A DNA stretch of 64,000 bases from a phage. The stretch lies in the sequence record PZ445488.1. The stretch is one strand, 5' to 3'. The position numbers were made by a program, and so were the translations under genes. Under the pieces are notes generated by a model, which was not told where the DNA came from, did not search any database, and was given only the letters and a program-made list of their open reading frames with translations. Numbering within the stretch: the first letter of the stretch is position 1; each line of letters starts with the position of its first letter. Below are positions 1 to 8,856 of the stretch, piece by piece.

Positions 1-699
1 AACATAATCAAAATCACGTTCAAACACATGGGCACTTACCATGGTATGAGTATAATCACCAACTTCTACACCGCATTCGTTAGCGATATAATGAAGTAAT
101 TTTCCTTGGAGATAAAAATCCAACTGCATAACAACAGCACAGTTCTGAGAACGCATATGACAGTGGGTATAAAGCTTACCATCACGAATATAATAAGTTA
201 CTGAGTCAGTACATGGATATTCAAGTGTTTCGTCCGAATCAAGCAAAGCCTGATCAGAACTTTCTAGAATTTGGAACACAACTCTTCGAGAGTTAGGTTT
301 TTCTTTAAGTTCTTTTAGAAGAGTTGGTAATTGGGCCGCAATGCGAGGACCATAGAAAGTGTTGAAGTTCGCCGGCAAAACATCTGATTTTGGTTTAGAA
401 ATAAATTTAGCGACATTAGGATATGCCTTAAACGCTTCTTCTGCGTTGGTACCACCAGAAATCATAAACTTCCAGAAGTCTTCGGCATATTCATAAGAGA
501 TGCGGTTAATACGTGGGTCGGTCATTTTGAATGATGATGGAGTGTCAACAACTACTGTCATAGACCCAATTTCATTACAACGTCCAATACGAGAATCAGT
601 TACGAATTCCGGGTTTTCTAAAATTTCACGATTGACTGCTTTAAATGCGGTTTGAAAATCTGCGGCTTTGATATATTTCATTGTGTTATGTTTTCCCAT
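1..699 (-). CDS. 42: dNMP hydroxymethylase-family protein (thymidylate-synthase fold; gp42-like), 3' end beyond window
   Basis: Minus-strand ORF from ATG 697-699 (GAGG about 5 nt upstream) running off the window start, so absent from the ORF track. Translation MGKHNTMKYIKAADF...PCTDSVTYYIRDGKLYTHCHMRSQN...GDYTHTMVSAHVFERDFDYV matches TS/dCMP-hydroxymethylase motifs. Confidence 0.6.
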   Translation of the reverse strand, partial: MGKHNTMKYIKAADFQTAFKAVNREILENPEFVTDSRIGRCNEIGSMTVVVDTPSSFKMTDPRINRISYEYAEDFWKFMISGGTNAEEAFKAYPNVAKFISKPKSDVLPANFNTFYGPRIAAQLPTLLKELKEKPNSRRVVFQILESSDQALLDSDETLEYPCTDSVTYYIRDGKLYTHCHMRSQNCAVVMQLDFYLQGKLLHYIANECGVEVGDYTHTMVSAHVFERDFDYV

Positions 700-741
700 G
701 TTTACCTCAATACAATTTATTATATACTCAATTCATAAAGC

Positions 742-981
742 TTATTTGAATTTCTTGGCAATGTTGATATAACGTAAAGCTTCAGAATCTATACTTCCAA
801 GAACACTATGAAGAAATGCATCAGCGTAGTATTCCAATTGAACAGGTTCTTTAATCACTTTAGCCGCTTTGGTTTCAAACAGGCCCATCAGGGCCTTTTT
901 AAGAATTTGTTCGTTAGTGTTCAGTTTCATAGTCAAAATCTCTTCGTTAAGTTTATAATTAAAACTTTTTCTAGAAATCAT
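742..981 (-). CDS. hypothetical protein (79 aa)
   Basis: ORF track; lies between the gp42-like gene and the U32 gene; no motif recognised; not membrane-like, so not an obvious Imm. Confidence 0.4.
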   Translation of the reverse strand: MISRKSFNYKLNEEILTMKLNTNEQILKKALMGLFETKAAKVIKEPVQLEYYADAFLHSVLGSIDSEALRYINIAKKFK

Positions 982-2138
982 TCCGGGTACCTCAAAGCGT
1001 CATCAGAGCTAGTTATATCAATAATAGATATGGAGTTTTCTGCTAACCCGTTTTTAGATAATTGACGTTTATAATATCTTTCACAATATGTACACGTCGT
1101 CCCGCAGATTTCATTAGCACAATCGAAATCTGGATGTCTGAACCACCTTTTTTCTAAAAAGCCATCTAACAAAGAGGTTTCAATATTTACTGTATGTGAA
1201 AACTCAGTTTCGTTTTCAAGAGTGAAAATAGTCTCTAAAGGCTTCCACAGTTCTAACAAATTACCTTCAAACTTTTCAGAAGCGTATGCTTCAAGAACTT
1301 TCAAAATGTAGTCTGTGCTACCTGTACGTCCTGAAACTTTGAATTGAGTGATACCAATATCATTATAAAGTTTCAAATCTTGAGGACGAACAAAACGAGT
1401 TCTCAGCCAGTTAAATGGGTCTGTATCACGAGCTTTAATACAGTGTTGCATTGGATATCCATTTAAGGATTTAGCATCATCAGCGGTAACATCAGTACTA
1501 TGGAAAATATAGCAAGAGTCACGATAGCTACAATGTGTTGTATACCCTTTACCAGCATTAGAACAGAACTCATTTACAAGAACTTCAAATATTATATTGT
1601 TCTTATTGCAAAACTCTGCTGCACGCTTCAGGAAAGAAACTGAACGGTTCTTATGAATTCCGCAGCAGACCTTTTTGATATTATATTGGTCATGCAAGTA
1701 TTTGATTTGAGTTACAGCATCGACATGTAGAATTGTTGAAACTTCAATCTCAATATCTTTATTGACTTCACGAACAATTTCCATAACAACAGGGTTAGCG
1801 ATAGTAATACGCCATACGCCTATTGACCAAAGATACTGAACATAATCCTGAATAGCTTTCTTCTTCCACTCAACTAGTTCTCTTTTTGAACCAGGATTTA
1901 TCGTGTTGAGTGTATAGTTAAAGCAAATACCTAATTCGTTACAACGTTTAACGTAATCTTCTAACATCTTTTTGTCAACGTCAGGAAGCCTAAAATCAGG
2001 TCTGGCTGCTACAAAAGCCATTTCTCTTGTAGAGCCGTATACTTCGTTTATCAAGCTATTAGGATAAGTTTTATTGAGCTCTACGATTTTATCAAGAAGA
2101 GCTAAATCAAAATTCGTTCCGATTTTAAAAGTATTCAT
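978..2138 (-). CDS. peptidase-U32-family protein (Fe-S, TrhP/RlhA/UbiU-like putative hydroxylase fold)
   Basis: 386 aa; ATG at 2138. Segments ANPVVMEIVREV, IFEVLVNEFCSNAGKGYTTHC and GITQFKVSGRTGS parallel U32 blocks (SDPGLIMLVRE, ELEIFVHGALC.AYSGRC, GVHSLKIEGRTKS); Cys-rich C-terminus CANEICGTTCTYC. Confidence 0.6.
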   Translation of the reverse strand: MNTFKIGTNFDLALLDKIVELNKTYPNSLINEVYGSTREMAFVAARPDFRLPDVDKKMLEDYVKRCNELGICFNYTLNTINPGSKRELVEWKKKAIQDYVQYLWSIGVWRITIANPVVMEIVREVNKDIEIEVSTILHVDAVTQIKYLHDQYNIKKVCCGIHKNRSVSFLKRAAEFCNKNNIIFEVLVNEFCSNAGKGYTTHCSYRDSCYIFHSTDVTADDAKSLNGYPMQHCIKARDTDPFNWLRTRFVRPQDLKLYNDIGITQFKVSGRTGSTDYILKVLEAYASEKFEGNLLELWKPLETIFTLENETEFSHTVNIETSLLDGFLEKRWFRHPDFDCANEICGTTCTYCERYYKRQLSKNGLAENSISIIDITSSDDALRYPE

Positions 2139-2195
2139 TTTTTTTGCATCTCACGTTAATTGATGCGATGGTTTTTGCAGGTCTTACTTAAATTA

Positions 2196-2597
2196 TTATA
2201 GATTAGGTTTATATGATTTAAATGTTTCGAATTCGCCTTTATTCATAAGAGCTTTGAATTCGTCAGGACGCATAGCTTTGTCGTCGATAATCCAATCATA
2301 TACTGGTTTATGTGTTAGCAAATTATGGTACTTCAAGCCAATGTTTGCCAAGTTCTGAATCAGACTTGGGAGAATGTCAATTGCTATACGACCAGGACCT
2401 ACTGACTTCATACCACGAGCCGTGTAAAGCGTTATGGTATGCCCTGCATCATACAGGGCATTAATGGCAGACACCATTTCGACGTCTGGTTTGAAGTTCA
2501 CGTAATCACGATTGTTATTCCATTCCGTGATGCAATCATCGATATCAAAACAAAGATTAAGCATGTTTTCTACATGGTGCATTAGATTCGTTCCCAT
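2196..2597 (-). CDS. HAD-superfamily phosphatase (sugar-phosphate phosphatase candidate)
   Basis: 133 aa; HAD motif I FDIDDCIT and TARG motif; ATG at 2597 or 2582 (ATGA-type overlap with upstream stop). Confidence 0.6.
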   Translation of the reverse strand: MGTNLMHHVENMLNLCFDIDDCITEWNNNRDYVNFKPDVEMVSAINALYDAGHTITLYTARGMKSVGPGRIAIDILPSLIQNLANIGLKYHNLLTHKPVYDWIIDDKAMRPDEFKALMNKGEFETFKSYKPNL

Positions 2598-4270
2598 TGA
2601 TGAGTGATATCGCCACCGATTGGACGATAGGAAACACCAGTTTCTTTATCAGTTAGTACCCATTTACCAGGATTTTTTGTAATCAGAGTAGCCGTTACAG
2701 GTTCTGCTACGTCATAACTAATAGAGCCGTCTTGAAGTACACGGCCCATGTTATGTAATTGCTTAGTCAGAAGTTCCATACCTTTATAATATGCGGCCAC
2801 CGCTTTAAGTGGATTATTCTTGAAATAACCACCTAATGCAATCCAGATAATTGCTACTGCCAAATGATGATACTCATTAAACGAACTCATCTTTCCATAT
2901 TTGTAAACTAATGGATTGATGTTAATAGTCACATTACAAGTTGTTTCATCAATAGTAAACTGACCCCAGGTCGGATTAGCATTGAATTCATCATAACCTG
3001 AAACAGCATAAAGCACTTTAGCTTCATCGTACAATTTTGGCCCGTAAATCTTGGTTTCACCAAAATATCCACGAGGGTCGATAAACTTGACTTCACCATT
3101 ATCAGTAATCATAGTATTACTGAAGTTCGGGTCGCCGTGAATAACAGAGTACTGTCCCTGAGAACGGTTATGATAACGAATAAGATGTTCTAAAGCTTGT
3201 TTCAACATTGGCTTCAGACGTCCAATCTTAGTGTAGTTCACGTGTGTGATTTTACCAAATGAATCAATCAATGGCTGAATGCTTTCACAACGATCAATAA
3301 CTTTCGTATAGAACTCTTTAGTGAAATCACGGCGAACAGTTTCAGGACTTACAAAATAAGTGTCTGTGCTGAATTTCAGTGCATCTAAAATTGCATCAAC
3401 AATTTGTGGACGAGCAAGACTTGATTTGGATTTAATATATTCAAATGCCGGCTTACCTTTAATGCGTTCCATAATAAAGTGGCCGCCAGGATGATAACTT
3501 ACAATCCGTGGAACTGAATCTGATTTAACTTTCTTATACCAATTGACTTCATCTTTTTGAAGTGCAACGCCCTGTTCTGTTAAAGCAATCTTTGTTACCG
3601 TTTCTTCGCCAATTTCAACTGCATTAAAACTACGATTAAGTTCACGAACTTCATGAGCTTTTTCAAGTTTAGGCATATCACCTAAATCAATTAGATTCAT
3701 AAGCTCTGATTTATTGAATGCACTACCGTAAAGGAATTCTACGAAATCACGTCCTTTGCAGTATTCGTGAATTTCCTCATCAGTAGAACCCATGTAGAAT
3801 TCCCAGTCTTTGAACTGATAAATTCCTACAACATTACCACCTGTTGAACCTACGTTAGTGATATTTTCACCATCGAAATTATATCGACATTCATCACCCT
3901 TAACATAGATTGCGTTAACATTCCAAGACCATGAACCAAAGTCAGGAATAATATCACACCAGTTAACAATTACGTTATGGCCATCTAAATCTTTGTATAA
4001 TTTAGCAAGAGCATAAGCAGAACCATACGCTTCATCAACTGTACGAATAGTCACATTGAACCCTTCTTGCTCGCAATAAGCTCGAACAGTTTCAGCAAAT
4101 TTTGAATGAACTACTACAATAATTTCATCTGCGCCAAGGTCAGAATAAATTGTATACAAATTGCTCAGAATAGTGTCTTGTTTATAGTTAACAAGCACCT
4201 TAGGAATATGGTGCGTTATTGGATACAAACGAGTTGCCAGTCCAGCACCAAGAATAACAGCTTTTTTCAT
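2582..4270 (-). CDS. bifunctional sugar-1-phosphate nucleotidyltransferase (N-term, RmlA/LicC/MurU-like) and anomeric sugar kinase (C-term, APH/choline-kinase fold)
   Basis: 562 aa; N-term KAVILGAGLATRLYPIT (GxGTRLxPxT pyrophosphorylase motif); C-term VIHGDPNFSNTMI...FIDPRGYFG (APH-type catalytic loop and DFG-like motif); ATG at 4270 with GAGGA RBS. Confidence 0.7.
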   Translation of the reverse strand: MKKAVILGAGLATRLYPITHHIPKVLVNYKQDTILSNLYTIYSDLGADEIIVVVHSKFAETVRAYCEQEGFNVTIRTVDEAYGSAYALAKLYKDLDGHNVIVNWCDIIPDFGSWSWNVNAIYVKGDECRYNFDGENITNVGSTGGNVVGIYQFKDWEFYMGSTDEEIHEYCKGRDFVEFLYGSAFNKSELMNLIDLGDMPKLEKAHEVRELNRSFNAVEIGEETVTKIALTEQGVALQKDEVNWYKKVKSDSVPRIVSYHPGGHFIMERIKGKPAFEYIKSKSSLARPQIVDAILDALKFSTDTYFVSPETVRRDFTKEFYTKVIDRCESIQPLIDSFGKITHVNYTKIGRLKPMLKQALEHLIRYHNRSQGQYSVIHGDPNFSNTMITDNGEVKFIDPRGYFGETKIYGPKLYDEAKVLYAVSGYDEFNANPTWGQFTIDETTCNVTININPLVYKYGKMSSFNEYHHLAVAIIWIALGGYFKNNPLKAVAAYYKGMELLTKQLHNMGRVLQDGSISYDVAEPVTATLITKNPGKWVLTDKETGVSYRPIGGDITHQWERI

Positions 4271-4311
4271 GTTGTGGTCCTCATTGGTAAGTAGGTGTAT
4301 TGTACACTATT

Positions 4312-4455
4312 CTAGTTAAAGCATTCATACTTTGCTTGTAGTCCAATCATAATCCATCCGATTATAAGAGTCGGAATCATTACTGGAGCCGTTAAGCTCC
4401 AGTAGATAGTCATGACAAGCATCAATAGTAAAAGTCCTATTGTTATTGCTTTCAT
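4312..4455 (-). CDS. small hydrophobic protein (47 aa, 2 predicted TM segments)
   Basis: Hand-translated MKAITIGLLLMLVMTIYWSLTAPVMIPTLIIGWIMIGLQAKYECFN; its ATG overlaps the stop of the SIS gene (ATGA); below the ORF-track size cutoff. Confidence 0.35.
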   Translation of the reverse strand: MKAITIGLLLLMLVMTIYWSLTAPVMIPTLIIGWIMIGLQAKYECFN

Positions 4456-5087
4456 TGTTCGCCTCGTAACATGGCACCTAGTGCACCACCAGGGTGGAAC
4501 TTAAGGAAGTCATTAGAGGTAAATCCGCGTTCAGACGAAAGGTTGATAGCGAACGTATCGATAAGCGCTAACAACAATGTAGTGGACATTGTAGGAGCCA
4601 GAGAATTCTCATCAACCTCTACCGCGATACCGGTACAGAATGTATAATCAAAAAGAGCTTCGTATTCTTGTGGAATGTCCGGGTTACAATGCAACAGAAT
4701 CTGTTTGACATTTGGACGAATCATTTTAAGATGCTTAGCCACGCCTATCATTTCTTCAGTCTTACCAGAACGACTAATATGAATCAACACATCATTAGGC
4801 GCAATGAATCCTGCATCACCGTGAGAATAATGCCCAGTGTTCAAGTACATACTCGGGATACCGAGCGAAGCAAATGTCTCAGAAGCTTTAGTTGCAATAT
4901 TAGCATTCTTACCAACACCTGTAATAATTACTCGGCTTTCATAATTACTAAGTCCAGGGCGTCGAAGAGTTTCTAGAATAGCATTATAACGAGCAGGGTT
5001 TTGACTAATTACTTTGGCCATAGCGGCCAAAGAAGAAGCTTGTTTTATGATTGCGTCAATAGCGATAGTAATAGGAGTAGTTTTCAT
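4452..5087 (-). CDS. SIS-domain sugar-phosphate isomerase, KdsD/GutQ-type (arabinose-5-phosphate isomerase-like), no CBS domains
   Basis: 211 aa; VIITGVGKNANIATKASETFASLGIPS...HISRSGKTEE...LAPTMSTTLLLALIDTF...FHPGGALG aligns block-by-block with the KdsD SIS domain; ATG at 5087. Confidence 0.7.
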   Translation of the reverse strand: MKTTPITIAIDAIIKQASSLAAMAKVISQNPARYNAILETLRRPGLSNYESRVIITGVGKNANIATKASETFASLGIPSMYLNTGHYSHGDAGFIAPNDVLIHISRSGKTEEMIGVAKHLKMIRPNVKQILLHCNPDIPQEYEALFDYTFCTGIAVEVDENSLAPTMSTTLLLALIDTFAINLSSERGFTSNDFLKFHPGGALGAMLRGEQ

Positions 5088-5127
5088 ATTTCTCTCATTT
5101 AATTAGTTTACCGTCCATGACATTATA

Positions 5128-7839
5128 TCAAAAATCGAACATATCGAACAGAGATGCTTTCTTCTCGTAATCGAGTTTCGCTGCTGATGTGAATCCTTCA
5201 AGTGGTTTAATAAATGTCTTCTCAAGGAGAACAGTGTAGTCCATCCAATGAAGTACGTCGTCTTTAATTAAATCTGTGATTTCAGTACCAGAAGGCCATG
5301 CGATACATTTATCACCGAATGGGTTTCCATCACGTAAAGGCAGAACGTATACCTTTTCGCCTTCTACAACTTGTGGAGCATCAATATTACCTTTGATAGC
5401 TCTGTTATATGTCAGAATTCCACGAATATGGAACGGGCATTTAGGACCAGGGAATCCACCAACGTCATATTTAGCAATGTTATTCGCAGAAGATACCGAC
5501 GCGATGCTAATATAATTCAATTGACGGAATTCTTTTTCAAACTCTTTAAAATATTCTTGTAATGATTCTTCACCTTCTTGAAGCATACGACGAATACATT
5601 CTTTAAGAGCTTTCTGTACTGCTTTAGGGGTCGAAGATTTCTGTGTTTCGAGACCCATGATTTTGAGTTTAGGCTCAGCGTATCTGGTTCCTTCCATATC
5701 CCACACGTTTAATGCATAACGTTTCTTACCAGTCCAGAATCCACCAATACCTTTAGAACCGAGTGGAGGACCAGCAATAGCTTCTCGGTCCATGAACATC
5801 AAATGTTGCTTATTATTCATGTATTCACACATTTCACGGAAACCTCTATCAATAGCCGGTTCCATACGTTCACGAGCAAACTTATCTAAGAAGTCTACCC
5901 AATGGTTGGTATCACGGAATTTAGATTCACCAACCTTATCGATAATTTTATCAGCAGATACGTAAATAGAGTCTGTATCACCATAAAGAACGAAAGCTTC
6001 ACCTTCTGTACCACAAACTTCATTCAGATATTCATTAACTTTACGTTCAATCCACTGTAAAGCCATTTGCCCGAATGTTGTGATTGCAGTAGCATTACGC
6101 AAATCATAATAACGGAACCAAACGTTACCAAGTGCACCATAAAGCGAGTTGATGAGCAATTTACGGTTAATTTGTGCAGTCATACCTGCAACTTCAGTAC
6201 GTTGAGCTCTAAACAACATTTCATTAAGAGATTTAGCAGACAACTTTTTAATCTTTTCTTTAATCTCGTCAGTGAAGTCGAAACGATAATCAACATCTAA
6301 TGGTTCGTCAACAGAAAGATTAGGATTATGTAACGCCTCTTTAATTATTTCACCATTACGTTGAGCCGCAAGCATATAACCTTTATGTTCTTTACGTTGA
6401 TTAAAGACCTTAGTGATTTCAGTTGGAACTACACCATCACGGTCTTTATAATACATCATGCCGTTAGGAGAGCAACTGTACACATCTGAAGGACGTTCAG
6501 CGATTGCGTTAATATAATCATGCAATGGAGCTACTTTAAACGTTCCTGCTATTGTTTCTGGGCTAATATTCACTTGGCGAATAATACTTGGATACAGAGA
6601 TGTAAGGTCGAAACTCATTACATATTTGTATCGATTTGGAATAGGTTCCTTAACAAAAGCGCCAGGATAAGGTTGAACCGGGTGAGAACGACCTTGTGGA
6701 ATCACCTTGTTCTGCTCTTTAAGGCTATTAAAAATAATAGCATCCCATGTTTTAATTGGGCTGAACACAGATTGAATCTGTATCTTAGCATAATAACCCA
6801 TGTCCAAACTCAAGTTGATGAACTGGCGCTTAGCATCAATTTGCAATACACGATACACGTCGATAATGTTATAAGAAATATATCGTTGGTGATTGCTTTC
6901 ACGAAGCTTAGAAATAGGGCCGTCATATTTCAGTTTACCGACATTCAATTCAAATTCTGAAATGTAATCCAGAGAATACGACGGTTGGTTTGTGAAAGAG
7001 AATTTTTTGTAAAGGTCAATGTAATCAAGAACAGAAATACCGAACAATGTAATGATTTCACGAGAACCATACATGTTTTCGATAACTTTAACACGAGTTT
7101 TACGATGTGGTGATAAACGTTTCGCAGTAGATTCGCCAAAAATATTCTTGATTCGGTTATACACATATGGAATATCAAATGACTCAACGTTCCATCCGGT
7201 TAAAATGACAGGAGTTTTCTGTTGCCAGAAGTTGAGATATTCCATCAACAATTCTTTTTCGTTATCGAACGGCATATAAATGATTTTATCGATAATTTCG
7301 GATGGAACTTCATCACCACCTTGTTCTTGAAGCTTAGCCGCAATTTCGATAGACCATTCTTCTACATTACCATATGGAGAATTCAAAAGGTCGAATACGT
7401 AGAACCTGTCGTCAATTGAGTCATAATGGGTGATAGCATCAATCGGATGTTTTGCTTGTGACGGCTCAGGGAACCCATCCGGAGATGTTACTTCGATATC
7501 GAAGTTAGCCACACGAATTTTTGTATGGTCGTATTTGATTTCATAGTTATAAGTGTCAGACAAATACGACAATTTGAAATCGTCCATACCTAATGCTTCA
7601 AGACCGATATCTTCCATGCGTTTAATCCATTGGGAGGCATCACGCATATTAGCGAACAACTTACGAGTACACGGCTTACCGTAGATATCGAAATATTTCG
7701 TAGCCTGACTTTCTGGACAATGAGCAAACAATGATGGTTTATATTCTACTTCACGAGTACGTTCACGGCCATTAGAATCGATGTAACGTTCAAAAATTGA
7801 ATCACCAATCTGTTCAACCGTTAAGTAAAATTCTTTCAT
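5128..7839 (-). CDS. 43: DNA polymerase gp43 (family B, with 3'-5' exonuclease)
   Basis: 903 aa; N-terminus MKEFYLTVEQIGDSIFERYIDSNGRE and motifs YGDTDS and KILLNSLYG-like match the T4/RB69 polymerase (RB69 gp43 is 903 aa, from memory); ATG at 7839. Confidence 0.97.
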   Translation of the reverse strand: MKEFYLTVEQIGDSIFERYIDSNGRERTREVEYKPSLFAHCPESQATKYFDIYGKPCTRKLFANMRDASQWIKRMEDIGLEALGMDDFKLSYLSDTYNYEIKYDHTKIRVANFDIEVTSPDGFPEPSQAKHPIDAITHYDSIDDRFYVFDLLNSPYGNVEEWSIEIAAKLQEQGGDEVPSEIIDKIIYMPFDNEKELLMEYLNFWQQKTPVILTGWNVESFDIPYVYNRIKNIFGESTAKRLSPHRKTRVKVIENMYGSREIITLFGISVLDYIDLYKKFSFTNQPSYSLDYISEFELNVGKLKYDGPISKLRESNHQRYISYNIIDVYRVLQIDAKRQFINLSLDMGYYAKIQIQSVFSPIKTWDAIIFNSLKEQNKVIPQGRSHPVQPYPGAFVKEPIPNRYKYVMSFDLTSLYPSIIRQVNISPETIAGTFKVAPLHDYINAIAERPSDVYSCSPNGMMYYKDRDGVVPTEITKVFNQRKEHKGYMLAAQRNGEIIKEALHNPNLSVDEPLDVDYRFDFTDEIKEKIKKLSAKSLNEMLFRAQRTEVAGMTAQINRKLLINSLYGALGNVWFRYYDLRNATAITTFGQMALQWIERKVNEYLNEVCGTEGEAFVLYGDTDSIYVSADKIIDKVGESKFRDTNHWVDFLDKFARERMEPAIDRGFREMCEYMNNKQHLMFMDREAIAGPPLGSKGIGGFWTGKKRYALNVWDMEGTRYAEPKLKIMGLETQKSSTPKAVQKALKECIRRMLQEGEESLQEYFKEFEKEFRQLNYISIASVSSANNIAKYDVGGFPGPKCPFHIRGILTYNRAIKGNIDAPQVVEGEKVYVLPLRDGNPFGDKCIAWPSGTEITDLIKDDVLHWMDYTVLLEKTFIKPLEGFTSAAKLDYEKKASLFDMFDF

Positions 7840-7897
7840 TATTTTTCCTTTAGACGAGTTATTGTCTTTTGTTTGTTGATGAACTTATTATACTCCA

Positions 7898-7917
7898 AAT
7901 GGGACCGAAGTCCCATT
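7898..7917 (-). promoter_or_regulatory. UUCG-tetraloop RNA hairpin (AAUGGGAC-UUCG-GUCCCAUU) between regA and gene 43
   Basis: Perfect 8-bp inverted repeat read on the minus strand, no U-run after it; could be an RNA stability or translational-operator element upstream of 43. Confidence 0.3.
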
Positions 7918-7920
7918 GCT

Positions 7921-8289
7921 TTAATTACCAATTGTATATTTTGCTTTCAAAGTCCAGTCATCTTTCTGTTTAAAAGAGATAACACGGAAGTTATTAGTCA
8001 GGCCAAACAGATCTTCACGAGCAGAGTCTTCAATAACAATCAAGCCCCAGTCTTCAAGCAACTGAGCAATCGAATCACGACGCTGATAGTCTTCACCATC
8101 AATATCAACCTGACGTCCATCCATACGCAACATTTCTTTAAAGTGGACAATATAGTACTTACCTTGCTTTTGGAGGATATGACAAGACTGGTAAAGGACT
8201 TTATCTTTGTTATTAGCGATGCCCATACGGGTTAGAGTCTCTTTGACTTTCAGAAAATCTTCAGGGTTCTTCAATTTAATTTCAATCAT
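7921..8289 (-). CDS. regA: translational repressor RegA
   Basis: MIEIKLKNPEDFLKVKETLTRMGIANNKDKVLYQSCHILQK... matches T4 RegA (122 aa) when started at the internal ATG 8289; the track start at 8298 adds three residues. Confidence 0.9.
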   Translation of the reverse strand: MIEIKLKNPEDFLKVKETLTRMGIANNKDKVLYQSCHILQKQGKYYIVHFKEMLRMDGRQVDIDGEDYQRRDSIAQLLEDWGLIVIEDSAREDLFGLTNNFRVISFKQKDDWTLKAKYTIGN

Positions 8290-8291
8290 TT

Positions 8292-8855
8292 TTACCATTC
8301 CAATGCTAATTTTTTAAATTGTTTTTGTTCTTTTACGTTTTTAGTAACTTCTTTGAGAAATTCATCAGTGACCATGGCCTTCAGTTCTTTAAGGACTATT
8401 GGCAACTTGTTATTTTTTTCAAGGAGCCGCTTATACTCGGTAGCATCATTCATGTTGATTGTGTAATGTTTCATCAACAGTTTGATAACTAGTAACTCTG
8501 AAGTGTCTTCGACTAGTTTAGCCCATTTAGAGAATCGACGACCACGCGGAATTGCCGCCATCATATAGTTGAAGTGCGCTTCATCACTTAATTCAGAACC
8601 GACTAAGTTCATCATGTAAACGGCTGGCATACATTCTGGAAACTGTGATAATGAGTTCTCAACCATAAATTTTGAGTAGTCGACCTGAGCAATTGACATA
8701 GATTTCTTTTCATTAATAGCATTAATGATTTTAAAGAATTCATTCTCAGGTTTTTCTTTAAACATATCAGCACATTTTTGAATCGCATCAGCGTCATTAG
8801 ACTTCCATGCAATTTGGTGCTCGTTAAGCTGGACGTCATCATCGAATAAGTTCAT
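8292..8855 (-). CDS. 62: clamp-loader subunit gp62
   Basis: 187 aa; synteny between 44 and regA; ATG at 8855. Confidence 0.8.
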   Translation of the reverse strand: MNLFDDDVQLNEHQIAWKSNDADAIQKCADMFKEKPENEFFKIINAINEKKSMSIAQVDYSKFMVENSLSQFPECMPAVYMMNLVGSELSDEAHFNYMMAAIPRGRRFSKWAKLVEDTSELLVIKLLMKHYTINMNDATEYKRLLEKNNKLPIVLKELKAMVTDEFLKEVTKNVKEQKQFKKLALEW

Positions 8856-8856
8856 A

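Noticed and set aside
2139-2195. Sigma-70-like promoter (TTTAAA-16-TATAAT) in the HAD-U32 intergenic region
   Set aside because: The -35 lies inside the HAD coding sequence, the match is weak, and it does not follow the GTTTAC early-promoter pattern seen elsewhere.
6520-6960. Plus-strand ORFs within the early block (for example 6520..6960, 12464..12952, 45683..46201, 46131..46541, 47534..47902, 28859..29215)
   Set aside because: They lie antisense to, and fully inside, well-supported minus-strand genes (43, 46 and others) and have no RBS; treated as shadow ORFs of AT-rich coding sequence.
8612-8842. Same-strand alternative-frame ORFs nested in known genes (8612..8842 in gp62; 25467..25694; 27531..27728; 28785..28985; 32583..32783; 41169..41405; 43846..44028; 45865..46149)
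   Set aside because: They are embedded in longer ORFs with recognisable motifs or better starts; no independent evidence.
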